From Carpediemonas membranifera BICM (Eukaryota > Protista > Fornicata): a stretch of 64,000 bases of DNA. Position numbers and translations under genes: made by a program. Shown one piece after another: positions 40,759-50,592 of this stretch (its first letter is position 1; every line of letters starts with the position of its first letter). Below the pieces are notes generated by a model. That model saw only the letters and a program-made list of their open reading frames with translations, made no database searches and was not told the DNA's origin. The DNA is taken from contig JAHDYR010000016.1 in the NCBI GenBank assembly GCA_019828565.1, positions 211,053 to 275,052 on the forward strand, written 5' to 3'.

Positions 40759-42666
40759 TCAAACACTGCCCCCGGCAATCCTGGGTCCTATACTGACGAC
40801 GCCCTCATCCATCTGGTAGAGCTCGTTCATGCACATGCCCTCGTTGAGACTCACCCTCCTCATGCGGTGGTAGTCGCCCTGCAACCCCGACCCGTTGCTG
40901 TACTCGTTCAACACAGCGGCGGAGGGGGGCGCGCTGATTATAAAGGCCTCGGGGACACCCCCCAGGCGCTTGAGTTGCTTCTGTGCGAACGTGAGTCGGC
41001 CCACGAAGTCAGATTTGCCTCTGTTACGGCGGTGAGAGATGGGAAGACAGCCCATGCAGGTTGGGAGCACCAGATTCACCACGAATAATGTGTAAAACGC
41101 GATGACCATGGGCGGGCTCTCGTACCCCTTGTGCCAGAAGAGGAAGTTGAGCTGGGGGATGACCTTGACGTAAGCTAGGACGCCGAAGATCAGGGGGAGC
41201 AGGTAGGTGCAGTGCGTGGCCCCGAGGAAGAGGCAGAGGTACAGGTACGCAACGACTGAAGAGAAGAGGCGGCGGGCACGTTTGGGGAAGAGGAGCAGAG
41301 GCATGTACAGCGGCAGACAGACAATGTTCATGGCGTTCTTGATCCCCCACGGGAACTGGCGCCGACAAGTCATCTGCTCGCCCATAACACTGCTGTTGCC
41401 CGCGGCATGGAAGTCCTCGTCCCATGAAACCGACGGGGCCACGGTGGCGTAGTCGGCGTCGGCCTTGTACGCCAGGCGGATGCAGATTGTGTCGACCCCG
41501 GAACCGTCACGGTCCTCCTCCTCGAACTCGACAGATAGATCGTGTTCGAATATTGTTTTGGATCCTTGATACAGTCTAAATACGCCTTCAGATTTTGAGA
41601 ATCTGTCGCCTGTCACGTAGATCTTGATTACGTATGAATATCCTGCTTTCATGTTAAACGGAGGCTTGTTAAAATAATACTGGGACACAAAGTTGAGGTG
41701 GAGTCGACGGAAGTAATAAAACTTCAAAAACACGTTAACCAGGAGCAGCGAGGTGAAGCAGATGCCGCCCCAAGACCACACAGCGGTCGCCCCGCCCAGG
41801 ATGAGCGGGATCTCAGGGTACATCTCGTACGCCAGGGTGTAGGCACACTCGCCGTCGTACTTCTCCCCGATGTGGAACATCTGGTAGATGTAAGAGCTGG
41901 AACTCTGGCACACCTCCGGGTCACCCGTGATGACGGCCACGGAACACCCGAGGGGGGCGGGAGAGTGAGGGTCAGACACGCATGCGAGGGAAGATGTGTC
42001 GACGCTGAAAGAGTTGCCGGTCGACTGGGTTGAGTCGATGATGCTGTTCAGGAAGTCGTCGCAGTCCGACACTGTCGTGCAAGGGTCCGAGTCTATTAGT
42101 CGCAGGTCGATGGCGACAGTCAACCCCGCGTCGTCGGGCTGGAACTGCCTAATGTCGTCGGGAAGGGTGATCTCGAAAGAGTTCATCACAGTCGATCGCA
42201 TCCTGGGCCCGTGGTACGAGCTGGAGTCGAGGCCGTCGTACTGCGGGTTGAAGTGGATAAAGTTGAGTGAGCGGGCCTGGGTCAGGCCGCAGGAGGCGAC
42301 GGCGCCGTCGAGGAAGGGGTGGGGCACAGTTTCAAGGTCGTTGAAGCCTGAGGGGCAACTCCCGTCAGTCTTATTTGAAAGGAGGCTGACGAACACGTCC
42401 AGGTGGTCGGAATTCGATAGGCCACAGGTCGTGACCAACTGGAGAGACAGATGAGGCGGCTTGAACTGGAAATCAGGAACAAATGGCTTTGTATATGGCT
42501 GTCTTCCAGCGAATAGCGAGAAATATGGCTCAAGGAAAAACGTGGCGGAAAGATAGAGGTCGATGACGACTAAGCACGTGATGACGCAATAAAACGCCAC
42601 ATATTGAGGATATAGAAGCTTGGAAATACCAAGAAGCTTCTTTGTAATGGCTTTCTGCTCGCCCAT
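40759..42666 (-). CDS. Hypothetical membrane protein with Cys-rich luminal region
   Basis: 635-aa ORF with several TM segments; no recognised family. Confidence 0.7.
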   Translation of the reverse strand: MGEQKAITKKLLGISKLLYPQYVAFYCVITCLVVIDLYLSATFFLEPYFSLFAGRQPYTKPFVPDFQFKPPHLSLQLVTTCGLSNSDHLDVFVSLLSNKTDGSCPSGFNDLETVPHPFLDGAVASCGLTQARSLNFIHFNPQYDGLDSSSYHGPRMRSTVMNSFEITLPDDIRQFQPDDAGLTVAIDLRLIDSDPCTTVSDCDDFLNSIIDSTQSTGNSFSVDTSSLACVSDPHSPAPLGCSVAVITGDPEVCQSSSSYIYQMFHIGEKYDGECAYTLAYEMYPEIPLILGGATAVWSWGGICFTSLLLVNVFLKFYYFRRLHLNFVSQYYFNKPPFNMKAGYSYVIKIYVTGDRFSKSEGVFRLYQGSKTIFEHDLSVEFEEEDRDGSGVDTICIRLAYKADADYATVAPSVSWDEDFHAAGNSSVMGEQMTCRRQFPWGIKNAMNIVCLPLYMPLLLFPKRARRLFSSVVAYLYLCLFLGATHCTYLLPLIFGVLAYVKVIPQLNFLFWHKGYESPPMVIAFYTLFVVNLVLPTCMGCLPISHRRNRGKSDFVGRLTFAQKQLKRLGGVPEAFIISAPPSAAVLNEYSNGSGLQGDYHRMRRVSLNEGMCMNELYQMDEGVVSIGPRIAGGSV

Positions 42667-43075
42667 CCGGCACAGATGCTCAGATCCAAAAGCGAAGGCG
42701 TCGGGGCGCTTAACCTGCGAAAATACGAGAATGGATCTGATCCACTGGATACGACGCCTACGACCAGCTGAGCGAGTGAGACGACCACAACAACATGATT
42801 TCCTCGCTGCGGCGCTGACCAGAAGGCCTCAAGGCCAGTATTGCACTCGGCAATTGTTCATCATGTTGCTCAGCCACGCCCCTCGATTGGTCAGATGCGG
42901 TGCATTTAGGGTTTGGAGTCTCGTATTGGGCAAGGATCGCCAGGTTAGGGGTCTGCCGCCAGACTTGAATTTATCATGGTGCCTACAGCCTCGGGTTGGG
43001 GCAACACTTTGCTCATTCCACATATACATGACGATATTTACATTGTCCGAGTGCTCTGTGGTATCAGCGCCCAGC

Positions 43076-44095
43076 CTACTCCATGGACACGTCCCCGTCC
43101 AAATGCCCCATGACGTTCTCAGCGATGTCAATCAGAGCCTTGGGGCCGCCAGTGGGCTTGTCACCCGCGACCTCGGCCCAGGATGAGCCCTTGTCGCACG
43201 CCTCAGTGAGCACGCCGTCGAGGGGGATGGCGCCAAGGAAGGGGACGTCCATGTCGGCGCACATCTTGGCTGCTCCACCGGACGTGGGCTTGAAAATCTG
43301 GTGGACCTTGTCGCAGTTGGGGCAGACAAAGCCAGACATGTTCTCGACCACGCCGATCACGGGGAGGCCGACCTTGTGGCAGAAGTTGATCTCCTTGCGG
43401 ACGTCGGCGAGGGCAACCTCCTGAGGCGTGGTGACGATGATGGCGCCGTCAATGTCGGGGAGGTACTGGACGATGCTCATGTGCTCGTCACTGGTGCCCG
43501 GGGGCGTGTCAACGATGAGGTAATCGAGCTGGGACCAGTACACGTCGCGGAGGAACTGCTTGATCAGCCCGTTCTTCTTGGGACCGCGCCAGATGACAGC
43601 GTCGTTCTTGGAGGGGAGTAGGTAGCCGATGGACATCACGGCGAGGTTCCTGTCGGGCCCGACGTACACGGGCTGCCAGCCCTGGGCCGTGCGCTCGACC
43701 TCTTCGTCCATGGTGCCGGTCAGCGTGGGCACAGAGGGGCCGCAGATGTCGATGTCGAGCAGGCCAACCTGCACATCGGGGTCACGGCTCAGCGTGTATG
43801 CCAGTTGGGTAGAAACAGAGCTTTTGCCGACACCGCCCTTCCCTGACAGGACAAGGATCTTCTTGCCGATGTCCTGGAAGCGCTCAGCGATCACAGCAAT
43901 GTCGGGATCAGGTCCTTGTACCTTTCCAGAGGCACATCTGCTCGCATTAGGGCAACCTGCGCACGCAGAGGCCTTGCCAGCTTCTTCACCGCTCGGACCG
44001 GGGCAAATCTCCTTCTTCTCTTCAGGGGGAACAACAGGAGCACTACCGCAGCTCCCAGCATTTGAACAACCAGCGCATTTTCCGTCGCAGCTCAT
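43076..44095 (-). CDS. NBP35: Cytosolic Fe-S cluster assembly factor Nbp35/NUBP1
   Basis: CPG...[43 protein letters not shown] and [11 protein letters not shown]. Confidence 0.95.
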   Translation of the reverse strand: MSCDGKCAGCSNAGSCGSAPVVPPEEKKEICPGPSGEEAGKASACAGCPNASRCASGKVQGPDPDIAVIAERFQDIGKKILVLSGKGGVGKSSVSTQLAYTLSRDPDVQVGLLDIDICGPSVPTLTGTMDEEVERTAQGWQPVYVGPDRNLAVMSIGYLLPSKNDAVIWRGPKKNGLIKQFLRDVYWSQLDYLIVDTPPGTSDEHMSIVQYLPDIDGAIIVTTPQEVALADVRKEINFCHKVGLPVIGVVENMSGFVCPNCDKVHQIFKPTSGGAAKMCADMDVPFLGAIPLDGVLTEACDKGSSWAEVAGDKPTGGPKALIDIAENVMGHLDGDVSME

Positions 44096-44291
44096 CTCGT
44101 TGGATTTGTGTCAGTTAGGGCCCAAGTTTGCCCTGCCGATCAAATTCTCATTCTGATTACCCCTAACCCTGAGGTCGATATGAACGAATGATAAGCTGTA
44201 CTACTCGTGACTTTGCCTATGCCCCGCCAATCCCACTGTTCATAGTATAAATAGGACTTTAGAGCGTCACATTCCGCCAACTACTCGCCGC

Positions 44292-45329
44292 CTACTGTCC
44301 CGTGACATGCTCTGGTCTAAGCGGCTGCAGGAAGATCTCCCCGACCTTAGCCTGCGGCGCGTACTCGTATCCCTTGTGCCAGTCATACCCCTGGGCGTAC
44401 GCCAGGATGTTCCCCTGAGCATTGATCGCCATGGCCGTGATGGGCTGCCGGTTAGGGGTCTGGAACGAGTGGATCGACTTTGGTTGGTAAATGTCCCAGC
44501 TAGCCCAGCGCCCATCTGACCCGGCCGTGAACATCGTCTTGTGCTGGGTCGGGTGCGCGGCGACACAGTTCACCTGGTACGTGATGGAGGCCTGCATATC
44601 GCGGTGGGATTTGAACGTGAAGCTCTCCTTCCCTTGTGGCTTGCGGGCGAAGTAGCTCGTGGTCTGTCTCGTCGTCACAATGTCCTGAACTCCACACCGG
44701 CCAGTCGAGTTACCGTAGCAGATTTTTTCAGTGTTTGTGTTGATCCCTATGCACGTGATCATCTCGGCCATGGCGCTCTCGAAGTCCTGGAACGGCGTGT
44801 TTGGGTTCCTGATGTCGTACACCATGAAGCGCGACTTGATGTTCACTGCGCGCGGCTCGAGGGCCACCACTACGTAGTTCCCCTTCTGGTCCAGGTCAAC
44901 CACTCGCTGAGGTAGGGTTGTCTTCAGCTGCTGGCGGGATGAGCGCCAGTCCCACAGAGCGAAGCTGCGGTCCCAGGAGCCGGACACCAGGAAGTTGCCC
45001 TCGCTGTACTTGAGGCTAACAACGCCGTCGCCGTGCTGGCCGACGTCGCGGGACTGTTGGGACGCCAGGTCCCAGACCTTGATGGTCTTGTCGGTAGAGC
45101 ATGTGAAAACTTGCGCACCGTCAACAGAGTTGAAGCAAACATCCATAATAGGCTCTGAATGCTTCATTTGGAGGATGCACTGAGTTTGTCCGGTACTATT
45201 CACCATGAAACAGCGCCCTTGCGTGTCCCAGGAGCCAACGCAGAAGTAGTTCTGCGTCGGATGCCAATCAATAGACGTTACGGTATCTGCTGATGGCTGA
45301 GCTACGCGAATAGCAGGGTCAGTCTGCAT
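44292..45329 (-). CDS. RAE1: mRNA export factor Rae1/Gle2 (WD40)
   Basis: WD40 repeats, FTFKSHR, TAGSDG and AYAQGYDWHKG. Confidence 0.9.
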   Translation of the reverse strand: MQTDPAIRVAQPSADTVTSIDWHPTQNYFCVGSWDTQGRCFMVNSTGQTQCILQMKHSEPIMDVCFNSVDGAQVFTCSTDKTIKVWDLASQQSRDVGQHGDGVVSLKYSEGNFLVSGSWDRSFALWDWRSSRQQLKTTLPQRVVDLDQKGNYVVVALEPRAVNIKSRFMVYDIRNPNTPFQDFESAMAEMITCIGINTNTEKICYGNSTGRCGVQDIVTTRQTTSYFARKPQGKESFTFKSHRDMQASITYQVNCVAAHPTQHKTMFTAGSDGRWASWDIYQPKSIHSFQTPNRQPITAMAINAQGNILAYAQGYDWHKGYEYAPQAKVGEIFLQPLRPEHVTGQ

Positions 45330-45437
45330 TTTGGTTGGGGATAATCGTGTTGTCACCAGACAATTCGTGCAGGCTTGGCCCCCAGCCCATTTCACTCCCC
45401 ACACCCGCCCACAGTATCTTTACACCATCGCAGCCCA

Positions 45438-47144
45438 TCAGCGCATCATCACGCGGCAGCATTCGAAGTCCCTCCTGAGTCCCACGAACACGGGCTGTAC
45501 ATCCTCTGGCTTCACCTGCGCTGACCCAACCTGTGCTAGCTTGGACGCACTACCGCATACCCGCACCCATAGCCGCTCCATCTCCGACCCTGCGGCCATG
45601 CCCGCGATGTCTGCGTCACTTCGGCCATCGGTGTTAGCCTGCGTGTTCACGCGGATCATCCCACAGGAGTAATTGATCGCGGACACCAGCAGCAGCGTTG
45701 CCATGGCCTTGAAGTCCCGTTTCCCACTCACGGCGAAGTCGTCGCCACCTCGACGCTCCAGCGCTCGTTCAAACTTATCCGCGGCGGTAAGCAGCGCAGC
45801 ACACTTTTCGAGGGCCCGAGCAAGCTCACTCTGCCGCTCGAACACTGTCTTGGCAGCCGTGCAGTTGAAAATATCAAGATTCGCCACCCAGATCCGCTGA
45901 TAGTGACCAACCACGCGATACCTCAGCTGGTCCGCCACCACGAGCAGCTCCTGATGTCTAAACATCTTCACACCCATCGCTGATGACGAGATCTGCCGTC
46001 TGTCGAGAACCGTGTCCGCCATGATCATGAGGTCGACCTCGTGGTGGGCCAGAGCTGCCGTCAGGTTGACTGTAAAGATGCTTTGCAGCGCCTGTTGGAA
46101 GCTGGCCCGTTTAGAGGGTGGGACTAGCACTGCGAGGGGTCCTTCCAGGGAAAGAGCGCACCGCACTTCCGTGTACAGGGTCTCGGCATTGCTGTTGCGC
46201 TGGGCTGGGGCCAATGAGATCGCAAGACAGTCGATAAGCTCTGTTGGAACCACATGCCCGAGGAAACTGGCGACAGTATCCCGCAGGATCGCCGTCAGCT
46301 CCCTCTCGACCCCGTTCCTCCTCGTTGCAAGCAGCGTGTGCTCCGTAGCCCTGACAAAGTCGTCCATGATCACCCAGCCCTCGTCCAGCCCGAGAAACAC
46401 GGTGGATATGAGCACCCGACACTGGTCGAGGAAGGCCTGGGGCAGCAGCGTGGAGTTCGTAACCCGCACCGCCGCTGAGTAGCAGAAGTCGATCAGCTGG
46501 GGCAGCTGACTCTGGTCCTCGATGATCTTAGAGCACATGGCACTGTACACCTTGCTGGGCTGGACCCCGAAGCGACGGCAAACGTCGTCTTTCACCGGTG
46601 CCTGCTGTGTCATGTCCAGCAGCCGCCACATGCGCCCGGTGTCCCGCAGACGCAGCGCAGTCTGTGGAAGCAATGGTATTCCGAACAGGCTGACAGCTCC
46701 GGCGTCAGACGTGAGCTCTCCGGTCCCGTTGAGGGGGAACTCGGGTTCTGGGTCGGACAGGACGCCGTCGCACAGCCAGTCCAGCAGCTGGATCACTACG
46801 GGGAGTGCTGTAGCGTGAGCAACGTGTAGAATGTGTTTGTTTTGGGTGATTCGCGCCTTGATGAGGGTTTGGTGCACCAGCCGTGAGGGTGGGATCTCAC
46901 TAATGTCTTCTAGAGCCTTGATTGCCGCAATACGGTCGGTAAAATCAGTCATTTGACTTGAATTGCCATTAGTTTTCTGTGTCTCGATGCGCTGCAGGAG
47001 AACGCTGTGCGAAAGCTCATTGACAGCGTTCGAGAAAGACTTGGCGGTTCGTCCGTCGTCCACGGGGACTGAAATTCCTCTAATTGCACGGACTATCTCA
47101 TCGTCTACAGGGTGCTTGTGCTTCCTGGGCGGCGAAGATTCCAT
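45438..47144 (-). CDS. Hypothetical protein
   Basis: Long, mostly helical-looking ORF with no recognised motif. Start taken at the first ATG (MESSPP). Confidence 0.65.
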   Translation of the reverse strand: MESSPPRKHKHPVDDEIVRAIRGISVPVDDGRTAKSFSNAVNELSHSVLLQRIETQKTNGNSSQMTDFTDRIAAIKALEDISEIPPSRLVHQTLIKARITQNKHILHVAHATALPVVIQLLDWLCDGVLSDPEPEFPLNGTGELTSDAGAVSLFGIPLLPQTALRLRDTGRMWRLLDMTQQAPVKDDVCRRFGVQPSKVYSAMCSKIIEDQSQLPQLIDFCYSAAVRVTNSTLLPQAFLDQCRVLISTVFLGLDEGWVIMDDFVRATEHTLLATRRNGVERELTAILRDTVASFLGHVVPTELIDCLAISLAPAQRNSNAETLYTEVRCALSLEGPLAVLVPPSKRASFQQALQSIFTVNLTAALAHHEVDLMIMADTVLDRRQISSSAMGVKMFRHQELLVVADQLRYRVVGHYQRIWVANLDIFNCTAAKTVFERQSELARALEKCAALLTAADKFERALERRGGDDFAVSGKRDFKAMATLLLVSAINYSCGMIRVNTQANTDGRSDADIAGMAAGSEMERLWVRVCGSASKLAQVGSAQVKPEDVQPVFVGLRRDFECCRVMMR

Positions 47145-47298
47145 CGTATTGTGGCGCGTAAAGTGCACATCCCACGAAACGCCTCTGGCAGGGTGAGCCA
47201 CGCCTCATTTCACGCTCATTCAACCCAATACTCGACTCTATCAGCGGACCAAGGGTCAGTTCAGACACCATCTTGCTGTTCGAATTTCACGAATACAA

Positions 47299-49047
47299 AT
47301 GAACGAGCACGAGAAACTGAGGGATTTGGCTTTCACCGCCATCAACTTTGATGGTTCCATTACTTCTTCATCAACTTTAAGCCAAATTTCTGGTGATCGC
47401 ATGCTTAGGATCACCAGAAGGCTGGATTCAATGTCGACTGGTGGTTATCAGGGAGCATTCCGTTACAAGGCCAAAGAATACTATGAGGAGATCCACCAGC
47501 GCATCTGCAACTCGTATCAGACGCTCAATGATCTCATTGGAGCTCTTACTGCTGTCTCCGCGCAACAAGTGGCCATCTCCGACATTGTCACCGACGTTGC
47601 CCTGCACACAACGCCCATCATACCCACCCTGCTTTACACCCGCATGTCAAAGGAGGGCAGCCCGCTACTAGCCCCTTTCCTCGCCGCCTCGATGCAAGTT
47701 TTCTGGGCTAACCTTCGAGAGTGGGTCTGCTTCGGGACCCTGACCAACGACTGCGAGGGTTCGTTCATGGCGTCCATTCCCAACAGGGGTAAGGATGATA
47801 AGCCGCAGTACGACTTGGGTCGAGTTATTGATGTCCACGAGGACCGCGTGCCAGTCTTTCTCAAATCCGTCAGTGAGCTCATAGTAGACGTTGGCAGGAC
47901 CGTGCACATCATCCGCGTGATATGCGGCAAGTCAAGCTTCATCATGGACCGCGCAGTCATATCCTCCCTTGACAAATTCATCGCCCAGACCCGAAAATTC
48001 CTCGACCCGACCGACTGGAACGAGCTCAAGCTACTCAGAGCCCTGCGGCCTATCCTTGAGTCTGCCCGGTCTCACGCCCTCGCCCGTCTCCGCAGCATCC
48101 TCGTCGACGACGAGCGTCTGGCAGCCCACCTCGACTCCCTTTTCAATGTCATGTGTCTTGGTCACAGCGGGTTTGAGGACGTTCTCCACACATGCCTCGA
48201 TACGCTCAGGCCGCAGTGGAACCTGATAGACATCCTCGACAAGGCCCAGGAGGCCTCAGCCGTGATCCTGCCCGCCGGAACCCAGCTCGACACGATCCCA
48301 CACACCAGCAAGAAGGGCGCTATCTTGCCCGCCATGCCCGACCTGGTCTATGGCTACAGAAGAAAGGGCAGGTCCTCGCCGCTGGACCTCATTCTCGGTC
48401 GAGCGACAGTGCCGATGAAGGACGCCCACGGCATTGTCAGGCCCCCATACTCTGTCGTGTGGGAGAGTGTGTGGACTATCGCAGCGGTCAAGCACAAGAT
48501 CGCGGATACGATTGACCTTTTGAGAAGGCGGATAAGCTGTCCAGGGCCCAGGGCCAGTGGAGACAGCACGCTGACCCAGCGCTGCACGGACCTCAAGGAA
48601 TGTCTCAGTCTCCTTCGGGAGATGAACGCAGTCATCAAGGCCGTAGCAGCCCGGGCAAGTCGGGACGTCAGTCACGCATACAGGGCGATGATGTCGGACC
48701 TGGAAGCGGCCGGCGACCTCGAGAGTATTATCAAGATCCACGGCGGATTCGTAGCCGCCATCCAGCCGACAGAGCCGCAGCCACACGGCGGGGCTAGGCG
48801 TGTGGTGGTGCCGGCAGTGTACAAACCTCAACCAAGCGGGGCCCGCGCGGCTCCGACGACCCTCGGAGACCTGTGCAGCGTGGCTGTGGGCTTCTGCGAG
48901 TCCGCCCGGGCGTTTGCCGATGAGACCCGGGTAACTTACGATGAGCGCTTGGCGATGCTGGCGAGACAGGTTAGTGAGTCTCAGGACCGCTGGGACGCGG
49001 CATACGAGCGGTGGGCCGAGCCAGTCTGGGCTGGCGATGAGTCATAA
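47299..49047 (+). CDS. Gamma-tubulin complex component (Spc97/Spc98/GCP family)
   Basis: LREWVCFGTL.ND..G.F, RVPVFL..V...I...GRTV.II, L..HL..L..V..LG.S.F and DL..II..H..F motifs of GRIP domains. Confidence 0.8.
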   Translation: MNEHEKLRDLAFTAINFDGSITSSSTLSQISGDRMLRITRRLDSMSTGGYQGAFRYKAKEYYEEIHQRICNSYQTLNDLIGALTAVSAQQVAISDIVTDVALHTTPIIPTLLYTRMSKEGSPLLAPFLAASMQVFWANLREWVCFGTLTNDCEGSFMASIPNRGKDDKPQYDLGRVIDVHEDRVPVFLKSVSELIVDVGRTVHIIRVICGKSSFIMDRAVISSLDKFIAQTRKFLDPTDWNELKLLRALRPILESARSHALARLRSILVDDERLAAHLDSLFNVMCLGHSGFEDVLHTCLDTLRPQWNLIDILDKAQEASAVILPAGTQLDTIPHTSKKGAILPAMPDLVYGYRRKGRSSPLDLILGRATVPMKDAHGIVRPPYSVVWESVWTIAAVKHKIADTIDLLRRRISCPGPRASGDSTLTQRCTDLKECLSLLREMNAVIKAVAARASRDVSHAYRAMMSDLEAAGDLESIIKIHGGFVAAIQPTEPQPHGGARRVVVPAVYKPQPSGARAAPTTLGDLCSVAVGFCESARAFADETRVTYDERLAMLARQVSESQDRWDAAYERWAEPVWAGDES

Positions 49048-49083
49048 TAATAACACTGGTTAAACTGCTATTTTATACAGATC

Positions 49084-50445
49084 CTACTGCCCCTCCTCGA
49101 GGTACGTCTCGGTCAGCTCCACACGGACCCTGTCCCTGGCCTCCTCCAGCGTCTCCCTGGTCACTGAGATGTCAGTGTCCTCCTCGAAGAAGGGGATACT
49201 GCTCTTGGGGCCGGCCTTGATCTTGTCCAGTAGGAGGTCGATGACACCCGTCCGGAAGACTCTGCTGTTGCTAACCACGGCTGTGGTGTTGGAAAGCATC
49301 AGTCCTGTTCGTTCAAACGCCTTCCCGTCATGCGGCGACTGGTGGCAGAGTTCAATGAGGGGCGGCTGGAACGGGCGGCCTGGGCGATGAGCGAACCGCA
49401 CGGGGCTGTGGATGCTGGCCTGGACAGCCCTGATATACGTTGCGGCGGCGTGTTCCTCCTCGTAAAGCATCGACATATCACCGCGGAGGATGATGGTGCT
49501 GGACAGATGAGTCGCCGTGGTCGAATCGATGTCCGCGAGGGCGGTTTGGCCCTCGAATAGCTGCTGGATGACGTCCTGAGCGTTCGTGATGATGCCAGCC
49601 TCGTCACCGCCGATGGGTGCTTCGTGCGGCACGATAAACTTCCTGAGTGGGTCAACAACCGTCTGTGCCAGCAGCTCCTTCGTGTTACTGGCACCACCCG
49701 AGGCAAACCGCATGCCCGAGGTCATATCACATATCACACGCGCGATGAGGTCGTTCTGCAGGGCAAATCCCTTGGTCGAGTCCCCGTCCGCCCCTGCCCC
49801 GTCCTCGTCCGTGGCCAGTGCGAGCGCGGCGTTGTCGTACACCACTGTCATCGCCGCGTGGTCGATCAGTCTTGCTGTCGTGAAGGCGGCGTTGATGTAA
49901 CCAGTCACGACGTCGCTCTCCTTGCTCGGGAATAGAGTGTGTGTGATGATTGGGACCGAGGGCCACGTCTGGGCCAGCTGCTCGATCACATACGACCCAA
50001 GCCCGCTTCCCGTGCCGCCGATCGCGCTGTGGGTGACGTAAAAGGCATCAGCATCGCCCTGGAAGTATGTGTAGACCCACCGGAGTTGCTTCTCCAACGC
50101 CCTCCATACCTCATTGCCCTTCTTGTACCCTGTGGCCCACTTGTTGCCAGCACCGGCCATGTCGCCTTCGATGCCGTGAAAGAAGCAATCGTTGTCGAAG
50201 ATAGAGTAGTTCGCTGTCAGTCTCTTGAAAAGACCGGGCTCAAGATCAACAAAGAATGCGCGTGGAAGGTATCTGCCGTCGTCTGCAACATCGAAGAAGC
50301 ATTCTCGGCACTCATTGACAGAATTGTCGAGGTCTTCGGCGGTACCATCGGGCCTGATACCGTGTTCACGCATCAAACGTCTCCACATACTAAGACCAAC
50401 TTGTATTCCACACTGACCAACATGGATCGAGATGTGGCGAGACAT
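49084..50445 (-). CDS. Divergent gamma-tubulin
   Basis: HVGQCGIQVG, EHGIRPDG, FFDVADDGRYLPRA..VDLEP, GAGNKWATG, HSAIGGTGSGLGS and SDVV, all gamma-type signatures. Confidence 0.8.
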   Translation of the reverse strand: MSRHISIHVGQCGIQVGLSMWRRLMREHGIRPDGTAEDLDNSVNECRECFFDVADDGRYLPRAFFVDLEPGLFKRLTANYSIFDNDCFFHGIEGDMAGAGNKWATGYKKGNEVWRALEKQLRWVYTYFQGDADAFYVTHSAIGGTGSGLGSYVIEQLAQTWPSVPIITHTLFPSKESDVVTGYINAAFTTARLIDHAAMTVVYDNAALALATDEDGAGADGDSTKGFALQNDLIARVICDMTSGMRFASGGASNTKELLAQTVVDPLRKFIVPHEAPIGGDEAGIITNAQDVIQQLFEGQTALADIDSTTATHLSSTIILRGDMSMLYEEEHAAATYIRAVQASIHSPVRFAHRPGRPFQPPLIELCHQSPHDGKAFERTGLMLSNTTAVVSNSRVFRTGVIDLLLDKIKAGPKSSIPFFEEDTDISVTRETLEEARDRVRVELTETYLEEGQ

Positions 50446-50574
50446 CAGCGTTTTCCGCATATAATGCGAAATGAAGTTGGCGGCCGTTTCAGGCGTGGAG
50501 CATGATCAGAATGGTCCCGATATGAGCACAGAAGGCACCAATGTGTTGCTGCGGCCGTCACGCACGCCCTGCTT

Positions 50575-50584
50575 TAAACTGCAC
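50575..50584 (+). promoter_or_regulatory. Recurring intergenic motif TAAACTGCAC (example 8 nt upstream of an ATG)
   Basis: The same core occurs at 1470, 4867, 15254(rc), 27741, 36432, 37456(rc), 49061 and 59679(rc). Confidence 0.45.
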
Positions 50585-50592
50585 CTACCGCG

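Noticed and set aside
44160-44172. CCCTAACCCTGA as a telomeric repeat
   Set aside because: Fewer than two perfect units; chance level.
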